From: a virus
Taxonomy: Monodnaviria > Loebvirae > Hofneiviricota > Faserviricetes > Tubulavirales > Inoviridae
DNA length: 16,012 bases
Virus record (IMG/VR): IMGVR_UViG_2684623189_000001
Reading direction: 5' to 3' (one strand)
The position numbers and the translations under genes are program-made. Positions 15,373 to 16,012 of the stretch are shown in pieces. Position 1 is the stretch's first letter, and every line of letters begins with the position of its first letter. The notes under the pieces were generated by a model. The model worked only from the letters and a program-made list of their open reading frames with translations. It was not told the origin of the DNA and did no database searches.

Positions 15373-16012
15373 ATGGCTATTTCTGCATATATTGGCATAC
15401 CCGGCTCAGGAAAAAGTTATGAAGCCGTTTGCAATGTCATTATTCCGGCATTTACCAGCGGCCGGAGAGTTGTGACGAACATTTATGGTTTACAAAAAGA
15501 TAAAATCACCGAACGTTATCCTGATGCAACGGGAGAAATTATTGTTGTGGATAATGATGATGTGCTTAAAGCAGATTTCTTTCCTTTTAAAGGTGGGGAA
15601 GGGAGCTTTTGCCAGTTTGGTGATTTAATTGTTATTGATGAAGCATGGCGAATCTTCGGTAGCGATAAGGATATGACGGCTGAGAAGAAATCATTTATTG
15701 CTGAACATCGTCATTTTACGCACCCTGAAACGGGTATTAGCTGTGATTTGGTTATTGTAAATCAGTCACTTTCTAATATTGCTCGCTTTCTGAAAGACAA
15801 AATAGAAACAACTTACCGGATGCGCAAGCTGAAAGCGTTGGGCCTGAATAATCATTACTGCATTGACGTATATTCAGGCCACAAAATCTATAAAAGCAAC
15901 CTCGTCACCAGTTATCGCAATAAATATAACCCTGATATTTTTGAACTTTACAAAAGTTATGAAGGAAATAACGGTAATGAAAAGCAGACAGATAAACGCC
16001 AGAGCATCTGGA
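15373..16012 (+). CDS. Zot/pI-family assembly ATPase, 5' portion (copy 2, truncated by window end)
   Basis: Starts at 6228+9145 with the same sequence, including the Walker A motif. No stop before the window ends. Confidence 0.8.
   Translation, partial: MAISAYIGIPGSGKSYEAVCNVIIPAFTSGRRVVTNIYGLQKDKITERYPDATGEIIVVDNDDVLKADFFPFKGGEGSFCQFGDLIVIDEAWRIFGSDKDMTAEKKSFIAEHRHFTHPETGISCDLVIVNQSLSNIARFLKDKIETTYRMRKLKALGLNNHYCIDVYSGHKIYKSNLVTSYRNKYNPDIFELYKSYEGNNGNEKQTDKRQSIW

Larger units (their letters stand above)
222..16012. repeat. Head-to-tail tandem direct repeat, period 9145 bp (1.7 units visible)
   Basis: Every ORF from 321-6253 recurs with identical translation at +9145. Identity begins at 222/9367 (TTGGTGCGCATAATG…); the bases before it differ (…ggtttatg vs …ttaccat). 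Confidence 0.9.
9367..16012 (+). mobile_element. Second tandem copy of the same prophage, truncated by the window end
   Basis: Identical to 222-6867 at an offset of +9145; all ORF translations match. The copy runs off the window inside the Zot/pI gene. Confidence 0.8.

Noticed and set aside
1-16012. Possibility that the 9.1-kb repeat is a circular-genome wrap-around artefact rather than a chromosomal tandem array
   Set aside because: The 221 bp before the first copy differ from the sequence before the second copy (9146-9366), and the switch occurs exactly at a dif-like XerC arm. That pattern is expected for an integrated array, not for a simple permuted circle. An assembly artefact still cannot be excluded from sequence alone.
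1-16012. Search for CRISPR arrays, tRNA or rRNA genes, IS elements with terminal inverted repeats, or a phage integrase
   Set aside because: No short regularly spaced repeats, no cloverleaf-compatible or rRNA-like segments, and no transposase or integrase-like ORF were seen. The only large repeat is the prophage unit itself.

Overview
The window holds a short chromosomal flank (1-221) followed by a head-to-tail tandem array of a filamentous (inovirus-like) prophage with a 9,145-bp unit: one complete copy (222-9366) and the first ~6.6 kb of a second copy (9367-16012). Every ORF translation is identical between the two copies, as are the intergenic stretches I spot-checked. Each copy begins at a dif-like XerC/XerD site (224-256 and 9369-9401) and no integrase is encoded, which fits Xer-mediated integration at the chromosomal dif site. 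Gene order per unit is: dif-like site and hairpin terminator; three minus-strand cargo genes (159-aa single-pass membrane protein, 91-aa zinc-ribbon protein, 140-aa four-helix membrane protein); an XRE-family repressor transcribed divergently from a rolling-circle Rep; then a putative ssDNA-binding protein, a small membrane protein, the major coat protein, a pIII-like adsorption protein, a pVI-like protein, a Zot/pI assembly ATPase, a pIV secretin and two small unknown ORFs. The best candidate for an undescribed system is the AT-rich, translationally coupled zinc-ribbon plus membrane-protein pair (321-1075) on the lysogeny side of the prophage, possibly acting with the adjacent four-helix membrane protein. 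No rRNA, tRNA or CRISPR array was found. All functional calls rest on motifs, composition and synteny read by eye; no database search was possible.
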